In this document: positions 59,791 to 64,000 of the stretch, piece by piece
Layout of the letters: the number at the start of each line of letters is the position of its first letter
How positions within the stretch are numbered: position 1 is the stretch's first letter
From: Methanomethylovorans hollandica DSM 15978
Lineage (GTDB): Archaea; Halobacteriota; Methanosarcinia; Methanosarcinales; Methanosarcinaceae
DNA: 64,000 nt
Direction of reading: 5' to 3'
NCBI RefSeq assembly: GCF_000328665.1
Contig: NC_019977.1
Coordinates: 434,001-498,000 of the forward strand
Position numbers and translations under genes: made by a program
The notes under the pieces: generated by a model
Told to the model about the DNA's origin: nothing
Seen by the model: only the letters and a program-made list of their open reading frames with translations
Databases searched by the model: none

Positions 59791-59891
59791 AGGCGCACAG
59801 AGTAACAACAACATGAATTTCTAGCACAAATTTCATCCTTTATCTCTCGTCCATTCCCTCAAATTTCATGTGCGCCTGCTTCTAACTTTTT
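59791..59891 (+). ncRNA. Candidate small RNA with 9-bp closing helix and CU-rich interior
   Basis: AGGCGCACA (59791-59799) pairs with TGTGCGCCT (59869-59877). The interior has CATTCCCTCAAATTTCATGTG, and a T-tract follows at 59887-59891. Confidence 0.55.
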
Positions 59892-60065
59892 CTCACTGCA
59901 ACTGATGTTTTTATTTCTCATTCATACTTCCTGCTCGAATGGACATACTTATCTTAAATGTGGAGATAGTCTTCCAATAAGTTTTATATAAATCCATGTA
60001 TAATTCATACTAGTTATATTCATCCCAATTAATTTAAACTCAATAACATCTGAAGTTGAAACTTT

Positions 60066-62528
60066 ATGAGCACATTTCCATGGGAACAGACAGGCAAGAA
60101 GAAGGAAGAGGAACCGGACGGTGCTACAAATGCTGCACCGGGCACACCACCATTTGCTGCCGGTGCTCCGATCTCAGACCTTTTCCAGAAAGCTTTTTCG
60201 GAACCGGTCATACAGGAGACAAGTATTGCCTTTCCTGAAAAAAGCTTACCCTCCAAACTTTCTGTAGTATCTTATCCTTTGTTTTCCATGGAAATACCGG
60301 ATCTATCTTCTCTTGGGTCTAAACAGGAAGTTCCAGGGGGTCCAACGCCTCCTTTCATATTTAACGGAAAAGAGGGATCTTTACCTATCTTTTTATCTAA
60401 GAAGCCTCCAATGGCATTTCCGGGTGCTCCCGCAACTGAGGTAAAGGATACTCCAAAGGTACAGACAACCAGTAAAAGACAACTACCCGTCTTTGAAATG
60501 GTATTGCCCGAAGATGGCACCAACGTTGGTGATCCGCTACCTGCTCCTGTGAAACCTGGGATCAATGCCACAGATATTTCAATATTTCCTGTTCCAGGTC
60601 CAAATTTAAGTGGTCCAGGTCCTTTTAGTTTTACGGCATCCCCACAGCCTGCTGAAAATGATACATTTTCTCCGTCCTCGCCATTTTGCCTATTTGTGCC
60701 ACCACTTCAACCTGCTGCTATTGCAGGTTCAGATGATCCTTCTTCAGCAGATCCATTCTCTGCTTCCCATGATCCTTTCGCTCAGGGTATTCCCCCATCC
60801 GCTGCTGACCCTTTTGCAGGCCAGATCAATCTTTCTAGTGCCGTCCCCGGTCCATCGGGTCTAGCTCCTTTTCCGTTTTCCGGGCCGAACCCTTTGTTTT
60901 CAGGTGGCTCTACCCCCAGTTATATGAACACAGTACCAGGGAAAAAGCCAGGTATAGGCGGAAAGATGGTTGATGTACCCGGAAAACTGGCAACGAGTAT
61001 AAGTGAGCTGGCAAATTCCATTGTTGTCAATGTTCGGAACCTTACTAAAGGTAAAAGTCTGCTGGATAAAATGGAGAAAATAAAGGAAGGCAATATTTTC
61101 GAAGAGGACCATTCTCTACAATCGCCTGATGCTTCTGTATATGAAAGAGGGAGGCAGGCAAGAGGCAATGCATTGTCCATTGTTTCAAATAACTCTCCTT
61201 TTGGTCCGGCACCTTCAGGCTTATCGTCTTTTGCACCTTCCGCAGGTGGTACTGGCTTGTCAATGCCTGCTCCACAAATCCTCCCAGATAGCTTGCCAGA
61301 TGATCATGCTATCAGTATCTCTCCGGGTGATTTTGTAAAAGTAACTCCGGTGGAGAATCCATTGTTCGATTTTCCGGAAGCGCTTAAGATCGATAATAAT
61401 TCCCAGTCACTACTTCCTGCTTACAATGATACCGCAGAGGGTACTGCAGGTATGAAGCAGCGATCGTCAGATACCCTTCATCAGCCTGAGAAAGTGGCTG
61501 AAGGGGTACCTTTCCCTGCAGCTGTGAAGAGTTCGAACGGATGCGCTCCTGCCGGGTCCAAGGAACTTGATGATATCAGAGAAAAGCTGGAATCTTCTGC
61601 AGGCAATGTCTCTCAGGTATGTGGCATGTACGAGGAGCTTTCAGGGAATATGGCTGTTCTTGGCGATTCTGTGAGGTCTCTGCAAGGTTCTTCTGATGAC
61701 ATGATGACAGCAACGTGTATGAAATTCGATAGTCTGGACGAGCGTATAGTCCGGCTGGAATCGCACCTGTTGGGTATGGAACAACAAGTGGCTCATGTTC
61801 TGTCTGAGAATCGGGATATCATGTCAAGCCTTTCCAGTATAGAGCAGCATATCTCCGAGCTTGTGGGATCTTACACGGCTCTTGTCTCTAAAATACAGGA
61901 AAATGCGCAGGAAAATGATGATCGCTTCTCTGCTTTGTCGGCTAAAGCAGGTGCAATGGAAAACCTTGTCCCGAGATTTGCGAGCATGGAGAGGTCAGGT
62001 ACGGAAGTATCTGCAACCGTACAGGATCTTCAAGGTAATGTTGCAAAGCTCGGTACTGATATTTCAAACGTTTCAGCATCACAGCAGGAGATCAGGGATG
62101 AGATGATGGAGCTATCCAAATACGCGGAGGGAGAGCTCAAAAAAATAGGTGCCAAGGGGTATAAAGTAGCAGATCAGAGCATACAGCTTGCACACATCAT
62201 GAAAAATTCCTCGAGTATCAAATTGTGTATGGAATGGCTTGAGTTTCTTATGGAACTAGTAGGGCGTAATAATCTGCCTGATATTCTCTCTTACTATGAG
62301 GAGTTGGGCTGGATCACAGAGGAAGCACGTATGGAACTCATGAGATATGCTGAAGGCATCGATTTCTATATGGAGAAACCGGACTGGAAGCTTAATCCCG
62401 ACGACCATGTAAAATCCGTCTGGTTCATTGAGAACCTTGCAGGGATCAAAGTGGACAAGAATAAACTGTCCGTTATTGACCGGGATATTGAAAAAGTCCG
62501 CAAGGGCTCAGAGATATATAATATTTGA
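60066..62528 (+). CDS. Stand-alone ArlCDE (FlaD/E) paralog with long Pro/Ser-rich N-terminus
   Basis: C-terminal WLEFLMELVGRNNL..ILSYYEELGWI...DHVKSVWFIE is clearly paralogous to 29851-31143. It is preceded by a coiled coil and roughly 450-490 low-complexity residues. Confidence 0.82.
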   Translation: MSTFPWEQTGKKKEEEPDGATNAAPGTPPFAAGAPISDLFQKAFSEPVIQETSIAFPEKSLPSKLSVVSYPLFSMEIPDLSSLGSKQEVPGGPTPPFIFNGKEGSLPIFLSKKPPMAFPGAPATEVKDTPKVQTTSKRQLPVFEMVLPEDGTNVGDPLPAPVKPGINATDISIFPVPGPNLSGPGPFSFTASPQPAENDTFSPSSPFCLFVPPLQPAAIAGSDDPSSADPFSASHDPFAQGIPPSAADPFAGQINLSSAVPGPSGLAPFPFSGPNPLFSGGSTPSYMNTVPGKKPGIGGKMVDVPGKLATSISELANSIVVNVRNLTKGKSLLDKMEKIKEGNIFEEDHSLQSPDASVYERGRQARGNALSIVSNNSPFGPAPSGLSSFAPSAGGTGLSMPAPQILPDSLPDDHAISISPGDFVKVTPVENPLFDFPEALKIDNNSQSLLPAYNDTAEGTAGMKQRSSDTLHQPEKVAEGVPFPAAVKSSNGCAPAGSKELDDIREKLESSAGNVSQVCGMYEELSGNMAVLGDSVRSLQGSSDDMMTATCMKFDSLDERIVRLESHLLGMEQQVAHVLSENRDIMSSLSSIEQHISELVGSYTALVSKIQENAQENDDRFSALSAKAGAMENLVPRFASMERSGTEVSATVQDLQGNVAKLGTDISNVSASQQEIRDEMMELSKYAEGELKKIGAKGYKVADQSIQLAHIMKNSSSIKLCMEWLEFLMELVGRNNLPDILSYYEELGWITEEARMELMRYAEGIDFYMEKPDWKLNPDDHVKSVWFIENLAGIKVDKNKLSVIDRDIEKVRKGSEIYNI

Positions 62529-62658
62529 GAACTCAGTTCTCTTTATGTCCTATGTGGAGCCAGAGGCCTAGTCTTTCAAGCATGCATGCAGCAGATATGG
62601 ATAGAGAAGAGATAAAAAAATAAAATAATGTAATAAAGAAGTGAACCTGTGAAAGCTT

Positions 62659-63261
62659 TCACAGGCTAGTTTCAGCCTCTTTTCCGCTCATGTCCTGTAC
62701 TTTCATGCCTGATACCGCACCTGTCACCATGGGGAGTGCGAGGACAAGTATTAGCATTGTAAAGGGCATTGTAAGGATGGTCCCTATCCATATTGCGCTG
62801 CCAATTGCATTGAGAATCATGACCACTACTACAAGCACTATTGTGTCCTGGGGGTTGGCTTTTGCTATTTCCAGGCTTTCCTTCAGGGAATCCACTGCAC
62901 CAATATCCTTGACCACCATCAATGGCAGTGCATAGAGGAAAATTATTGCAAAAGCTATGCTGATTATTATTCCCGGGATAACCAGGAGCAAGAACCCTAT
63001 AAATATGGGTATCATAATTATCAGGAACAGTACCCAGCTCTGTATGAACTTATCAAGCTTGAATCCTGCAAAGACATCAGCTATTTCTACGATCTCTCCT
63101 CTAGCTCCCTTTGCAGCCATGTGGGCAAGGCCATAGGCTAATGGAGCGGATGTTATAAGGAAGATCGATCCGAAGATCGTTATAAGCGCACCAATGATAT
63201 AAGCAACCAGATTCTTTTGGAAGATTTCCCAGCTATCTTTTAAGAGAGTTTCTATCTCTAT
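62659..63261 (-). CDS. Hypothetical integral membrane protein (paralog of 63377-63943)
   Basis: SWEIFQKN, APLAYG, DVFAGFK, A.DSLKES. Start placed at ATA 63261; the track uses 63291. Confidence 0.8.
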   Translation of the reverse strand: MEIETLLKDSWEIFQKNLVAYIIGALITIFGSIFLITSAPLAYGLAHMAAKGARGEIVEIADVFAGFKLDKFIQSWVLFLIIMIPIFIGFLLLVIPGIIISIAFAIIFLYALPLMVVKDIGAVDSLKESLEIAKANPQDTIVLVVVVMILNAIGSAIWIGTILTMPFTMLILVLALPMVTGAVSGMKVQDMSGKEAETSL

Positions 63262-63376
63262 AATGTTCGCCTCCTGTGGACAATAATTCAATTAATATAT
63301 ATCTACAGTTAGGTAGTATTTATATCTATTCTAAAAAATAAAAAGTAAAAGGGTTTGGATTTAATTATAACCTGTC

Positions 63377-63943
63377 TCATCCCTCTATATAGGCTGCTGG
63401 CTGGCTGTTGCCTGCCAGGTTCTTTGCCGCAAGGGTATATCCTATCTGGCTAAGCGGGTATGTGATAAGCGCACCGATCACTATAAGGCTGCCAATGAAA
63501 TTGAGCGCAAAGAATACAAGGAATACAATCACGGTTTCTGCAGGATATTTTTGTATCAGTTCAAAATTCTCCTTAAGAGCATCTACTCCTTTGTATCCTC
63601 TCATGACCAAAAGTGGCAACGCATAGATCAGCAGTATTGCAATAATACCTCCGACTCTTCCCAGCAGCATGGAACCTGCGATCATCAATAGCAGGTAGAT
63701 GATGACTACTATCCAGCTCTGTACAAAGGCTCCGGGTACTTTGAATCCTGCAAAGACATCGCCTATTTCCACGGTCTCACCCTTTATCCCCTTAAATGCC
63801 ATATGTGTGACACCATATAAAAACGGTGCAATGGTTACAATAAGTATCGACCCGATTCCAGCTATAAGTGTACCTACAATAAATGCAACAATGTTCTTTT
63901 GGAAGATTTCCCACGTCTCTCTCAAAAGTTTTTCTATTTCCAC
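63377..63943 (-). CDS. Hypothetical integral membrane protein (paralog of 62659-63261)
   Basis: TWEIFQKN, APFLYG, DVFAGFK, DALKEN; GTG start 8 nt after GGAGG. Confidence 0.82.
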   Translation of the reverse strand: MEIEKLLRETWEIFQKNIVAFIVGTLIAGIGSILIVTIAPFLYGVTHMAFKGIKGETVEIGDVFAGFKVPGAFVQSWIVVIIYLLLMIAGSMLLGRVGGIIAILLIYALPLLVMRGYKGVDALKENFELIQKYPAETVIVFLVFFALNFIGSLIVIGALITYPLSQIGYTLAAKNLAGNSQPAAYIEG

Positions 63944-64000
63944 AGTATAAACCTCCTATCAATTATTCTGTGTACTAAATAGAGTTCTCTTTGTATGGTA

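Overview
Chromosomal segment of a methanogenic archaeon, most consistent with Methanosarcinaceae (inferred from gene content and protein style). It is mostly housekeeping: a PHP phosphoesterase cut by the window edge, a large TPR protein, tRNA-Thr(UGU), archease-rtcB, argD-hisC, artA-psd-pssA-mptD, NUDIX-tfs-pcn-priL, a four-gene Psp system, cbiA, moaA, surE, alaS, an archaellum operon lacking an archaellin gene (arlCDE-F-G-H-I-J), aglB-hacB-unknown-aksF, an AT-rich glycosylation island with galU and manC, nfnAB, a PAPS-reductase-like protein, thrS, acyP, thiI, a second and very long Pro-rich ArlCDE paralog, and two tandem membrane-protein paralogs. I saw no integrase, transposase, cas gene or CRISPR array. 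The main signals not explained by these genes are five. (1) Two intergenic 90-100 nt elements (7717-7816 minus strand, 59791-59877 plus strand) share promoter geometry, a closing terminal helix and a CAT[T/C]CCCTCAAA...ATGTG motif, suggesting a small-RNA family. (2) A solitary CRISPR-repeat-like 36-mer lies at the edge of the glycosylation island. (3) At least four genes appear to start at ATT or ATA. (4) An uncharacterised Cys-rich gene sits between coenzyme B pathway genes. (5) A 49-aa MobB-tail-like ORF, missed by the ORF track, follows moaA. All product calls come from reading motifs; no database searches were run.
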